Shown here piece by piece: positions 1 through 10,415 of a stretch of 64,000 nucleotides of DNA. The first letter of the stretch is position 1. The number at the start of each line of letters is the position of its first letter. The position numbers were made by a program, and so were the translations under genes. The stretch is taken from positions 44 to 64,043 of the forward strand of contig CAMTOJ010000015.1 in NCBI GenBank assembly GCA_947074145.1, given 5' to 3'. This DNA is from an uncultured Bacteroidales bacterium. Its GTDB lineage: Bacteria; Bacteroidota; Bacteroidia; Bacteroidales; JAUNSR01. Below the pieces are notes generated by a model. The model was not told the DNA's origin. It searched no databases and was given only the letters and a program-made list of their open reading frames with translations.

Positions 1-658
1 GAATCATCAGGTTTGCTTTAAAGTTGTGCTCATTTTTGATCAGCATTTCCTTTCAAAAGCGATGCAAAGGTATTTATTATTTTCTAAAATCCAAACATTC
101 AATTCAGATAATTTTTACCACTTTGAGATATTATACTGATAATGATAGATGTTAGATATTTCACTATTTGCTTATTTTAACTAAAAAACAAGTTTCATGA
201 TTGCGTTACAAGATTATGTCGATTAAATATTATATCCTTCGATAACTAAAACTGAAATGAGTTTATCTTTAAAAATAACACTTAGGTGGCTCTGAAGAGT
301 TATAGTATATTTTTCATTTATGATTATTTATCATATCCATGAAATATTTTTAGTCTTCATATAAAACGATTCTGTTTGATTTCTAAACGATTTTTGATTT
401 TAGTTTATCAATTGATTATGCGACCTATGTGATATATAAATCTTTACAGATGTTCGAACAAGCTAACGTTTTCTAAAAGCACTTTAGAAGTAATAAAAAT
501 GATTATCTTTGTTTTATATCCCATAATACTCAAAAGCATAATTGAAACAGATTAATGCTCTTTTTTCACAAAAGAGTATTTAAGCAATATGGGTAAAAAT
601 CAGGATATAATTATCCTTGTAAACTAAACAAAAATTTATTAGTAAACCTTTATAAAAA

Positions 659-2347
659 ATGGCAGACGATAAGAAAGTTATCTTTTCGATGGTCGGAGTG
701 AGTAAGATATATCCTCCGCAAAAACAAGTACTTAAGAACATTTATCTTTCCTTTTTCTATGGCGCTAAGATTGGTATTATCGGTCTTAACGGTTCAGGTA
801 AATCTACTCTTTTAAAGATCATTGCAGGTCTCGACAAATCATATCAGGGCGAAGTTGTTTTCTCTCCGGGTTATTCTGTGGGATACCTGGCTCAGGAACC
901 CGAACTTGATGATACAAAAACAGTAAAAGAGATTGTACAGGAAGGTGTTCAGAACGTTATTGATGCTCTTCAGGAATATGAAGAAGTTAATTTGAAATTC
1001 GGTGATCCGGATGTTCTTGAAGATCCTGACAAAATGGATGCTCTTATTCAACGACAGGCTGAACTTCAGGATATAATCGATGCTACAGATGCATGGAATA
1101 TTGATAATAAACTTGAGCGTGCGATGGATGCACTTCGTTGTCCACCGGAAGATCAACTTGTAAAACATCTTTCAGGAGGTGAACGTCGTCGTGTTGCTCT
1201 TTGCCGTCTATTGCTTCAACAGCCGGATGTACTTCTTCTTGATGAGCCAACCAATCACCTTGATGCTGAATCTATCGATTGGCTTGAACAACATCTACAA
1301 CAATATCCGGGAACCGTTATTGCTATTACCCACGACCGTTATTTCCTTGATCATGTTGCGGGTTGGATTCTTGAACTTGACCGTGGAGAAGGTATTCCTT
1401 GGAAAGGAAACTATACTTCATGGCTTGAACAGAAAACAAAAAGAATGGAGCAGGAAGAGAAACAAGCAAGTAAACGTCGTAAAACTCTTGAGCGTGAGCT
1501 TGATTGGATTAATATGTCTCCTAAAGCTCGTCAGGCAAAAGGGAAAGCTCGTCTTAACTCATACGATAAGCTTCTTAATGAAGATCAGAAAGATCGCGAA
1601 GAAAAACTTGAAATATATATTCCTAACGGACCTCGTCTTGGCAATAAAGTTATCGAGGCAAAAGGTGTTGCAAAAGGATTTGGCGACAGACTGTTGTTTG
1701 ATGACCTTAACTTCATGCTTCCTCCTAATGGTATTGTTGGAGTAATCGGACCTAACGGTGCCGGTAAGACAACTATGTTCCGCCTTATTATGGGAACAGA
1801 AAAAGCTGATAAAGGAACTTTTGATGTTGGAGAAACTGTAAAGGTGGCATATGTTGATCAGTCGCATAAAGATATTGATCCTGATAAATCTGTATATCAG
1901 ATCATTTCAGGAGGACAGGAAACCTTCCGTCTTGGAAATCGTGAGATGAATGCAAGAGCTTATCTATCACGTTTCAACTTCTCTGGAGCTGATCAGGAAA
2001 AGAAAGCAGGTATTCTTTCGGGTGGTGAGCGAAATCGTCTGCATCTTGCACTTGCTCTTAAAGAGGAAGGCAATGTTCTTCTACTGGATGAGCCAACCAA
2101 TGATATTGACGTAAATACTCTTCGTGCTCTTGAAGAGGGTCTTGAAAACTTTGCAGGATGTGCCGTAGTTATTTCGCACGACCGTTGGTTCCTTGACCGT
2201 ATATGTACTCATATTCTTGCTTTTGAAGATGATTCTACAATCTTCTTCTTCGAAGGTTCATATTCAGAATATGAAGAAAATAAGAAAAAACGTCTTGGTA
2301 ATGTTGAGCCTAAACGTCCAAGATATCGCAAGCTTATTGCTGATTAA
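659..2347 (+). CDS. ettA: ABC-F family ATPase, energy-dependent translational throttle protein EttA
   Basis: 562-aa ORF with two ABC cassettes (Walker A GLNGSGKST and GPNGAGKTT; signatures LSGGERRR and LSGGERNR). A charged linker joins them and there are no TM segments. End-to-end EttA/YjjK-like layout. Confidence 0.9.
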   Translation: MADDKKVIFSMVGVSKIYPPQKQVLKNIYLSFFYGAKIGIIGLNGSGKSTLLKIIAGLDKSYQGEVVFSPGYSVGYLAQEPELDDTKTVKEIVQEGVQNVIDALQEYEEVNLKFGDPDVLEDPDKMDALIQRQAELQDIIDATDAWNIDNKLERAMDALRCPPEDQLVKHLSGGERRRVALCRLLLQQPDVLLLDEPTNHLDAESIDWLEQHLQQYPGTVIAITHDRYFLDHVAGWILELDRGEGIPWKGNYTSWLEQKTKRMEQEEKQASKRRKTLERELDWINMSPKARQAKGKARLNSYDKLLNEDQKDREEKLEIYIPNGPRLGNKVIEAKGVAKGFGDRLLFDDLNFMLPPNGIVGVIGPNGAGKTTMFRLIMGTEKADKGTFDVGETVKVAYVDQSHKDIDPDKSVYQIISGGQETFRLGNREMNARAYLSRFNFSGADQEKKAGILSGGERNRLHLALALKEEGNVLLLDEPTNDIDVNTLRALEEGLENFAGCAVVISHDRWFLDRICTHILAFEDDSTIFFFEGSYSEYEENKKKRLGNVEPKRPRYRKLIAD

Positions 2348-2361
2348 TCTTTCAATTAGAT

Positions 2362-2399
2362 AAAAAAAGCCTTTCGATCGATTCGAAAGGCTTTTTTTT
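2362..2399. terminator. Bidirectional rho-independent terminator between convergent ettA and the A2M gene
   Basis: 9-bp GC-containing stem GCCTTTCGA/TCGAAAGGC with a 5-nt loop. A7 lies upstream and T8 downstream, so it works on both strands. Confidence 0.7.
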
Positions 2400-2444
2400 A
2401 TCTAATAAATCTATCCTAATTTTTAAATAAAAGTTTTCTGAAGA

Positions 2445-5400
2445 TTATTCTGTTACTACAGAAACCTTAATCCCCGCTGTGTTTGATCTTATCGTCGGAT
2501 TATACATATCCTCAGCAAAAGTAGACGGCAAAAAATATCTCCCTGCATACGAAGCACATAGTTTTACAGGAATATGAATCCTTGCATTAGGAGGAAGAAA
2601 AGGTATATATGAATCAATTCTGCAATCCCTTATATCCTGATAAGTAACTCCGGCTGATACACTCTCTGACGAATCAGTCATAAATCTTGTATTCAAAATC
2701 TCCCAACCTGAGGGGATTGTTTGTGAAACCATTATGTTTCCTACTGGTTTTACCGAATTATTTGTAACGATTACAACTGATTTGAAATTAGTTCCCATCT
2801 TAAGATGTGATATATCTATTGGTTCTCCATTCTCTGAACTATAGGAAACAGAAACCTCTATTTCGGAAGAGGAAGCAAACTGATCTTCGGCAGAAGGAAT
2901 ACCGGTTGCGTTAATAATAGCATATAGATAACCATCACTCTTATTCTCAATATTCAAATTCTGCTTCTCTTTCATATCAAGAGGATAACTATAAAATACC
3001 TCTTTTATTTCAGTATCGACATTAAGACTACCTGTAATAGATGCTTTTATTCCGTATGAAGGTTTATATTTCTCATAAAATCCGGATACTGCGATCAATG
3101 AGAATGCAGTACTTTGAGTATTCATTTCTTTTTCAGAAATAAGCATAGAACTTATCTCTTCCATAAGAATTCGACCATTATTCGGATTACCAACACTTGT
3201 CAAGGCGATAAGACGTAAAGCCCTGCTCCTATCATCATCACCTAATGTATAAAAATAAGAATCTTTATCAGTTGAATAATTAATATTGGCAAGAAGTATC
3301 TTTTTAGCTATATCCTCTCGGCCAATAACAGAATATGTTGCAGCAAGTAGCGATTGAGTAGAATATCCGAATTTAGCCTCTCTCATCCTATTCATCGCTC
3401 CTCTTTCGGGAGTCTGAGCAAGAGCGAGTACATAAAGTCGATAAGCTTGTGTCAATGTTTCTGAATTTTCACCTATCTCTCCACTCCATCCTTTTGCAAT
3501 CATTGCTTCATATTTATGAGATTCACGAAACATCTCATCAGGCACTTTAAATCCTTTTAGTTTAGCCTCAATCATAAAATGAAGAGCATATATCGATCCC
3601 CATGCCGAAGCAGAAGTATGTCCCTGCCAATAGGCGAAAGCACCACCCGGAATCATATATTTAGGAAGTAAGTTTATTGTATTTTTTATCTGTTGATCTC
3701 TTTTTTGCTTCTCCTCTTTCGTACTATTCATGAATTTTCCAATATATAGAAGCGGAAATGCTCTTGAAATAGTTTGTTCGATACATTCATAAGGATAAGA
3801 AAAAAGATAATCCATTCTTTTGTCTAAATCAAGAGGTTTTACGGCAGAAAGCTCAATTGTTCCTATATTAGAACCGGGTATTCCGAAAGGAGAAACAGAT
3901 AGATTGCCCGTTTTACCGGGCTCGATAGTGATTGTCTCTGTTTTTCTTATAGGAATAAGATTAGAAATGACCGAAATATCCGCATCCCATTCCGCTTTTT
4001 CTTTTCCCGCAGTTGCAGAAACAGAAACAAAGGCATCTCCTATTTCATCTTTTACCTTCAGATCAAACCATACTATTTCACTTCCTTTATGGTTAAGATT
4101 AATCTTTTTGGTTATTGGTTTTTCAAGACCTAAAAGAGCTGAACCTTTAAGAGTAACATCTATTTGTCCGATATTATCCTCCATTGTAAATACTGTGACA
4201 GGCAAACGGAATTCATCTCCCGGATTAAGTTGTCGGGGCATTGTTCCCATAATCATTACTGATTGCTTAACTGTTATATCTTTTGCATTATTTCCATAAG
4301 CATTATCTTTATTATCCCCGGCAATGACCATACATCTTAGCTTCCCAATATATTGAGGCATCTCTATTTCAATCTTTTTTGTTGCTCCTCCTTTAAGGCT
4401 AAAAGGACCTTTGAACATCACAACAGGCTTGAATCTATTCATACCGGAAGTTGCACTATTATCAATTTCGTCATCCCCACCAATACTGAATATACGTTCT
4501 ATTTTTCCTCCATAAGCACCAACAACCATATCATAAATATCCCATGTATTAATGCCAAGAGCCTCCTTTGCATTAAAAGCTGCCCATGGATTAGGAGTTT
4601 GGAAACGAGTAAGATCGAGTAATCCGCAATCAACCAAAGCAAGAGTGAATGTCATATCCTGCTTATTCTTTTCTGAAACGGTAATATTAAAACGAGAAGA
4701 TGGCTGAACGTCAGTAGGTGCATCAATAACAGGCTCAAGTTTAGTACGCGGGTCTGTTATTGAGATAGGGGCGATACCATAAAGACGTATAGGTAAGTCT
4801 GTTGTATTGTCGTAAGGATTTACTAAAGTAACCCCTATATAAACATTCGGCATATAGTTTTTATCTGCCTTGAAAGAGTAATTAGTTACCTCATCAGAGC
4901 ATTTTATAACTTTTTTCTTCAATATTTCAGTACCATTTTCAATTGTAATCAAAGCATGCGCTCCTGCCAAAGAAGGGAAATTAAGATTTACAGTTTCCCC
5001 TACCTTATATTCCTCTTTATCTGTTGTAATAGCAAGACGTGTAGCCTTATTACTTGCCTTTTCATTAATATTCCTTATATAACTTTCGCTATCAAAATAA
5101 GTTTTCGCAACACTTTGCTGACCACTTTTTTTATTCTTTACTACAATTACATAAGTACCCCATTCACTATCCGGAATATTAATATTGAAAGACGCTTTCC
5201 CTTTACTGTCAGTTCTAAGATCTGTTTTAGAAACCGGGGTATTATATGAAGAAGACAAGAAATCAGCAATCCTGCTTGAATATCTATCCCACCACCAATA
5301 CCACTCACCTTTAAACACCGTAACCTCACAATCTATATACTTGTCCGGATCACCTTGGGGAGTAACAGTCACAATACTTAATGTATGGTTTTTTCTTGTA

Positions 5401-7991
5401 ATCAATGGCTTATCATCTTTCTGATAGGTATTTATACCAACATAAGAGGTATAAGGTGAATATTGCTTCTGATCGGCAACGACACTGAAACTTCCGGCAT
5501 CTTCATATACTTTAGTTATAAACTCAGCACGAAGCATTCCCGGCGCACCCTCACCTACTTTAAGTGTTTTTCTGATTTTAGCATCACCTTCGGCATTGGT
5601 TTCCCCTTTATCAAAAATCACATCAGTAGCTTCAAAATTCTTCAACACATTATCAAAACAATATTCCTTATAATCTTTGAATGTTGTTTTAATACTTTTA
5701 AAATTCACTTTGATATCAAAATTCAGTTTATTAGCTTTTGCTCCTGTAAGCCATGCCGCATGTAGATCGGCAACAATCGGCGTTCCTTCAATAAGAATAT
5801 TCTCATTAAAAGAGATATCTATTGAAAGTCTGTTCGGTTTTATTGTTTCTATTCTCAAACGTTTTGAAAATGTTGCACCACCAACACTTATACGACAATG
5901 CCATACACCGGTCGGATCATTTACATCAGTTTTCAAAGCAAATGAATAAAAACCGTTTACACCTTTTGTTATTACTTTTCTTGATGTTACAATATTTCGA
6001 GGATTATAAAGCTCAAGTTTTACAGGATGAGAAGCCGGTAGCTTTACATCATTATCATTAAGAATAAAATTTACAAAAATCGAATCTCCGGGACGCCATA
6101 CCCCCCTATCGGTATAGATAAATCCTTTAATCCCTTTTTGTATTACATCTCCCTCGACGTCGAAATCACTTACCGATAATGCATCACCTTTCTTCAACTT
6201 TAAATAAGCTTTGTCATTATCTTTCTTTGCTATTGCATACAATGGGACACCTTTATCAAGTTTGATTGTAACAAATCCATCTTTATCTGTAGTACCCCAT
6301 CCAAGTTCCTTATTTTTGTAATCAAAGACATGAACAGCAACACCGGGCATGATAGCCGATGTATTAAGATTATTAGTAATGAATGTGATATTATCCGATT
6401 CATTGCCCCTCTTTGCTATAAGACCGATATCTGAGGCAAGAATATTCTTTGAAACATATCTGAAATTATAATATAATGTTTTTGCAGGATCGTTTCTGTT
6501 TTTCCATACCCAATCAGGATTATTGTTATCAGAGAAAAAATAATATTCACGAGTACTCAATTCCTCCTTTTCCTCAATCTCCTCTATCTCGGCTTGGGCA
6601 ATCATCTCCTCCTTAGAAAGCTGACTTCTTTCATTTACGGGATAAGCTGAAAGATCATAATTATATGAGAGACGAACATTATAAATTGCACCTTTATCAA
6701 CCTCTATAAAATCAGCAACATTTATTCCGAAGACATTCTTCTTCATTAAATCATATTGTCCCATATCTTCAAAGAAGAGAACTTTGCGTGCGACCAACTC
6801 TCCTACTTGTGCAAGATTGTTTTCTCCTGAAAGGTTATTATTTTGAAGAAAATATTTAGTATTGTGGGTATATATTTTTATTATTCTGACTATCACCCCC
6901 TTTAAAGCTTGTGCTTCAAAAAGAACATTTGTTCCACCTGCACCCGGCATTATATTGCCTGTAGAAAGAAAAGAAAGATAAGGCATTCCTCTCTCAAAAG
7001 AGATATTGCTATAAAATAATGAATCGTTTTTAGATCTCTCTTTCGACAAACTTTCGCCATCGATACTTTTTATTCCATCATAGATTCGAAGTGTAGTTGA
7101 ACGAATTTCACTATCAGGATCATCCTTCAACCAAATATTAAGAGTATTTCGATCTATTGTGTATGTAGATTCCGGATAATCCTTTACATTGTAAAGTCCG
7201 CTTATATCCTGATTTGAAGATAGATTTTTATTAAATGTTACACCTATATATTTCCCATTACTGTCGGTATCAATAGAATATATATCAAAAACATCTTTTG
7301 AAGGAATCTCAAGATTCGCAAGATCCTCTTCCTGATATTTTAATTTATTTGATGCAGTTTTAATATGAACACTTTTTCCGCCATCCTCGGGTTTTATATC
7401 CTCTATCTTAAAGCTGAAAGTTGCCCCCTCTTTATTATTGTCCTGAAGTTTAAGCGTTCCTATTGAGTTAGTTGAAATAAGAGATTTTACAGTTACGGCA
7501 TCTTCAATATCCGCAGTGTTAATAGTTCCGGCAAAAAAATAATCACCCTTATCAGATATCCTTAATTTGACATCATCGATTCGCATACCCGATTTAAGAG
7601 TCTTAATCTTATAATTAAGATTTTCGGCGCCTTTAAATATCTTCCCCACATTTAAATCAATATCATATATTTTATCACGCTCCAGTGGCTCTGATGGTTT
7701 GAAAATAAGTTTACTGTTATCCTCAATTCTCAATTCCCCCTTTACTTCGGGTTTCATTACGAATAACTTCTGCAATTCCTTTTCATTTTGGAATGATGCG
7801 GGAACATCCACATTGAAATTTATTATTATCGGAGAGAATCGAGAGATAGTTCCAGTGGTAAATGATTGAATATAAGGATTGGATTTTATCGTCTGATTAT
7901 AGTCGAATGTCTCCTGTTTTGAACTGTTCTGACATGAAATCAGAATTGTAAGAAGTAGAAAGTAAATTGATTTATAGATACATTTATTCAT
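2445..7991 (-). CDS. Alpha-2-macroglobulin family lipoprotein (thioester-containing, ECAM/YfhM type)
   Basis: 1848-aa ORF with a lipoprotein signal (LLTILISC). The thioester motif CIEQ sits within YPYECIEQT, encoded at 3774..3785. Size and neighbourhood (pbpC) fit bacterial A2M. Confidence 0.85.
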   Translation of the reverse strand: MNKCIYKSIYFLLLTILISCQNSSKQETFDYNQTIKSNPYIQSFTTGTISRFSPIIINFNVDVPASFQNEKELQKLFVMKPEVKGELRIEDNSKLIFKPSEPLERDKIYDIDLNVGKIFKGAENLNYKIKTLKSGMRIDDVKLRISDKGDYFFAGTINTADIEDAVTVKSLISTNSIGTLKLQDNNKEGATFSFKIEDIKPEDGGKSVHIKTASNKLKYQEEDLANLEIPSKDVFDIYSIDTDSNGKYIGVTFNKNLSSNQDISGLYNVKDYPESTYTIDRNTLNIWLKDDPDSEIRSTTLRIYDGIKSIDGESLSKERSKNDSLFYSNISFERGMPYLSFLSTGNIMPGAGGTNVLFEAQALKGVIVRIIKIYTHNTKYFLQNNNLSGENNLAQVGELVARKVLFFEDMGQYDLMKKNVFGINVADFIEVDKGAIYNVRLSYNYDLSAYPVNERSQLSKEEMIAQAEIEEIEEKEELSTREYYFFSDNNNPDWVWKNRNDPAKTLYYNFRYVSKNILASDIGLIAKRGNESDNITFITNNLNTSAIMPGVAVHVFDYKNKELGWGTTDKDGFVTIKLDKGVPLYAIAKKDNDKAYLKLKKGDALSVSDFDVEGDVIQKGIKGFIYTDRGVWRPGDSIFVNFILNDNDVKLPASHPVKLELYNPRNIVTSRKVITKGVNGFYSFALKTDVNDPTGVWHCRISVGGATFSKRLRIETIKPNRLSIDISFNENILIEGTPIVADLHAAWLTGAKANKLNFDIKVNFKSIKTTFKDYKEYCFDNVLKNFEATDVIFDKGETNAEGDAKIRKTLKVGEGAPGMLRAEFITKVYEDAGSFSVVADQKQYSPYTSYVGINTYQKDDKPLITRKNHTLSIVTVTPQGDPDKYIDCEVTVFKGEWYWWWDRYSSRIADFLSSSYNTPVSKTDLRTDSKGKASFNINIPDSEWGTYVIVVKNKKSGQQSVAKTYFDSESYIRNINEKASNKATRLAITTDKEEYKVGETVNLNFPSLAGAHALITIENGTEILKKKVIKCSDEVTNYSFKADKNYMPNVYIGVTLVNPYDNTTDLPIRLYGIAPISITDPRTKLEPVIDAPTDVQPSSRFNITVSEKNKQDMTFTLALVDCGLLDLTRFQTPNPWAAFNAKEALGINTWDIYDMVVGAYGGKIERIFSIGGDDEIDNSATSGMNRFKPVVMFKGPFSLKGGATKKIEIEMPQYIGKLRCMVIAGDNKDNAYGNNAKDITVKQSVMIMGTMPRQLNPGDEFRLPVTVFTMEDNIGQIDVTLKGSALLGLEKPITKKINLNHKGSEIVWFDLKVKDEIGDAFVSVSATAGKEKAEWDADISVISNLIPIRKTETITIEPGKTGNLSVSPFGIPGSNIGTIELSAVKPLDLDKRMDYLFSYPYECIEQTISRAFPLLYIGKFMNSTKEEKQKRDQQIKNTINLLPKYMIPGGAFAYWQGHTSASAWGSIYALHFMIEAKLKGFKVPDEMFRESHKYEAMIAKGWSGEIGENSETLTQAYRLYVLALAQTPERGAMNRMREAKFGYSTQSLLAATYSVIGREDIAKKILLANINYSTDKDSYFYTLGDDDRSRALRLIALTSVGNPNNGRILMEEISSMLISEKEMNTQSTAFSLIAVSGFYEKYKPSYGIKASITGSLNVDTEIKEVFYSYPLDMKEKQNLNIENKSDGYLYAIINATGIPSAEDQFASSSEIEVSVSYSSENGEPIDISHLKMGTNFKSVVIVTNNSVKPVGNIMVSQTIPSGWEILNTRFMTDSSESVSAGVTYQDIRDCRIDSYIPFLPPNARIHIPVKLCASYAGRYFLPSTFAEDMYNPTIRSNTAGIKVSVVTE

Positions 7992-8018
7992 GATAAATGA
8001 AATGTTTTAATACAAAAA

Positions 8019-8026
8019 CAAATTTA
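8019..8026 (-). promoter_or_regulatory. Candidate Bacteroidetes -7 promoter box TAAATTTG for the A2M gene
   Basis: Exact match to TAnnTTTG on the minus strand, about 28 nt upstream of the ATG at 7991. Confidence 0.3.
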
Positions 8027-8062
8027 GTCATTATATTTATGAAAATTGAATAATATTCATAA

Positions 8063-10384
8063 ATGAGGCTTTGCAAGAAACATATAATAACCACAATTAT
8101 CATAATTATTATGATTTGTTTTTATTGTTCTCTTCCAACTCCTCTTTTCAACGATCCAATTTCCGATATAATTTATTCCTCAGAGGGTGAACTTCTTAAT
8201 GCAAGAATATCAAAAGACGGGCAATGGCGATTTCCTGAAACTGAAAATGTTCCTGAAACATTCGCACGTTCAGTTGTCATGTTTGAAGACAAACGATTCA
8301 ATCATCATCCCGGAATAGATCCTCTTGCTATGGCAAGAGCTGTCCAACTTAATCTTAAAGAGAAAAAGATATCAAGTGGGGCAAGTACTATCCCTATGCA
8401 ACTTATCAGATTAAGCAGGAAAAATAAAAAACGCTCATATAATGAAAAAATAAAAGAATCATTACTGGCTCTGAGATTAGAATTAAGTTATTCTAAAAAG
8501 GAAATAATGAATCTTTATGCTTCCCACGCGCCATTCGGTGGAAATATTGTGGGAATAGAAGCTGCATCATGGCGATATTTCGGACACTCTTCCAATGATC
8601 TTTCATGGGCAGAGGGCGCCCTTCTTGCCATATTGCCAAATTCACCGGCAATGATTCATCCGGGAAAAAACAGAGATCTTTTGCTAAAGAAGAGAAACAG
8701 ACTATTAAAAAGATTGCATAATAAAGGAGAGATTGATGAAGACACATATTCACTATCCATAGAAGAGCCCCTTCCCGACAAACCCCTGTCACTTCCATCA
8801 ATTGCATATCACTTGATGAATAAATCAATTGCTGAAGGAAAACGAGGAAGGATATACACAACAATTAAATATAACTTACAACTTCAGACAGGGTATATCG
8901 TTGAAAATTATCTTGAAAAGTACAGATATAATCATATCAATAATGCCGCTATCATCGTTGCAGATATTAAGACAGGAAACATTTTGGCATATATAGGTAA
9001 CGGTAAACCTGATGGTAATTCTGAAAACGGACGACAAGTTGATATGATATGTGCAGAAAGAAGTACCGGTAGTCTTTTAAAACCATTTCTTTATGCATCA
9101 ATGCTGGAGGATGGAATGATATTACCACATAGTCTTATGCCTGACATTCCTGTTTTTCTTAAAGGTTTTATGCCACAAAACTATAATAAAAAGTTCCAAG
9201 GTGCTGTGCCGGCTTCCGAGGCAATTGCTCGTTCTCTTAATGTGCCTCTTGTCAGGATGCTTCTTGATTATGACTATAACAGGTTTTATGAGAAACTGAA
9301 ATCTTTAGGAATGAATACTCTTCATTACGATGCCCCACACTATGGCGTTTCTCTTATTCTGGGTGGCGCCGAGGGTTCCCTTCTTAATATGTCTTCAATG
9401 TATAGTGGAATGGCAAGAACTCTTAATTCCGATTCGTATTACGTTGATCAATATCGGGGTTTGAATTTTCACGATTCTTATAAAACAAATAATAAAACTA
9501 TCCAAAATCCACCTTTACATCGTGATGCTATTTGGTTTGCCTTCGAGGCGATGACAAAACTTAATCGTCATGAGGAAGAATCGGAATGGAGCTCTTTCTC
9601 TTCAATGAAAAAGGTTGCTTGGAAAACCGGTACAAGTTACGGACACAGAGATGCCTGGGCAATAGGTCTTACGGGAGAGTATATCGTTGGTGTATGGGTT
9701 GGAAATGCTTCCGGGGAAGGTCGCCCCGGTATGACTGGAGTGCGATATGCGGCACCATTGCTGTTTGATGTGCTTTCCCTTTTACCTGACTCCAAATGGT
9801 ATGATATGCCACTTCGAGAGATGAGAGATATTGAGGTGTGCAAAGTTACAGGGTTCAAAGCAGGAGAATATTGTGATGACAAGGAAAGTGTTACTTTTCC
9901 TTGTAACGGAATTAAAACAGATGTCTGTCCATATCATAAACCTATATTTCTTGATCCTTCGGGTAAATATCGGGCAAATAGTGACTGCTTTGCCTCTTCT
10001 GATTTGATAAAAGAGAATCGTCTTGTTTTCCCCCCTTCAATCGATTTTTATTACAGAAATTGTAGAGCAGAACATCCGTCACTTCCATCTTTTCATCCGG
10101 AATGTATAGGAGAGGATGTATCTATCGATATTATCTATCCTATAAACGGAGCAAGCATTTATCTTCCTATCGGATTCTCTGAAAAAAAGGAAAAACTTGT
10201 CTTTCGTGCTGCACATTCCAGAAATGATGCCACTCTTTATTGGTATATGAATAATGATTATATGGGTGAAACATGTGATATTCATGAGATTGCCCTCTCT
10301 CCAAAAGAGGGAAAATACAATCTTATAGTAATAGACGAAAACGGAGTTTCCAAAAAGATATTCATCAATATTTATGAAAAATAA
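8063..10384 (+). CDS. pbpC: Penicillin-binding protein 1C (bifunctional glycosyltransferase/transpeptidase-like)
   Basis: 773 aa with an N-terminal TM anchor. It has the GT51 motif EDKRFNHHPGIDP, transpeptidase SxxK (STGSLLKP) and KTG (WKTGTS), and a C-terminal PBP1C-type extension. It is adjacent to the A2M gene. Confidence 0.85.
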   Translation: MRLCKKHIITTIIIIIMICFYCSLPTPLFNDPISDIIYSSEGELLNARISKDGQWRFPETENVPETFARSVVMFEDKRFNHHPGIDPLAMARAVQLNLKEKKISSGASTIPMQLIRLSRKNKKRSYNEKIKESLLALRLELSYSKKEIMNLYASHAPFGGNIVGIEAASWRYFGHSSNDLSWAEGALLAILPNSPAMIHPGKNRDLLLKKRNRLLKRLHNKGEIDEDTYSLSIEEPLPDKPLSLPSIAYHLMNKSIAEGKRGRIYTTIKYNLQLQTGYIVENYLEKYRYNHINNAAIIVADIKTGNILAYIGNGKPDGNSENGRQVDMICAERSTGSLLKPFLYASMLEDGMILPHSLMPDIPVFLKGFMPQNYNKKFQGAVPASEAIARSLNVPLVRMLLDYDYNRFYEKLKSLGMNTLHYDAPHYGVSLILGGAEGSLLNMSSMYSGMARTLNSDSYYVDQYRGLNFHDSYKTNNKTIQNPPLHRDAIWFAFEAMTKLNRHEEESEWSSFSSMKKVAWKTGTSYGHRDAWAIGLTGEYIVGVWVGNASGEGRPGMTGVRYAAPLLFDVLSLLPDSKWYDMPLREMRDIEVCKVTGFKAGEYCDDKESVTFPCNGIKTDVCPYHKPIFLDPSGKYRANSDCFASSDLIKENRLVFPPSIDFYYRNCRAEHPSLPSFHPECIGEDVSIDIIYPINGASIYLPIGFSEKKEKLVFRAAHSRNDATLYWYMNNDYMGETCDIHEIALSPKEGKYNLIVIDENGVSKKIFINIYEK

Positions 10385-10415
10385 TCGTTTCAATAACTCC
10401 ATTATTCTATTTTCA

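Noticed and set aside
1-72. Possible 5' end of a minus-strand gene running off the left edge (ATG complement at 44..46, MLIKNEHNFKANLMI...), with a TACCTTTG -7 box at 65..72
   Set aside because: Only 15 codons are visible, which is too short to support a CDS call. I note it only as a plausible explanation for the left edge.
839-1867. ORF-track entries 839..1168(-), 1179..1745(+) and 1559..1867(-), all lying inside ettA
   Set aside because: They sit in alternative frames or antisense to a full-length, motif-rich ABC-F gene. Their translations are low-complexity and I/F/L/K-rich, as expected from an AT-rich sequence read out of frame.
3820-6061. Seven short ORFs (3820..4299, 4353..4622, 4956..5249, 5147..5329, 5185..5424, 5463..5765, 5677..6061) inside the A2M gene
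   Set aside because: All are embedded in or antisense to the 1848-aa A2M ORF and have no motifs. They are shadow ORFs.
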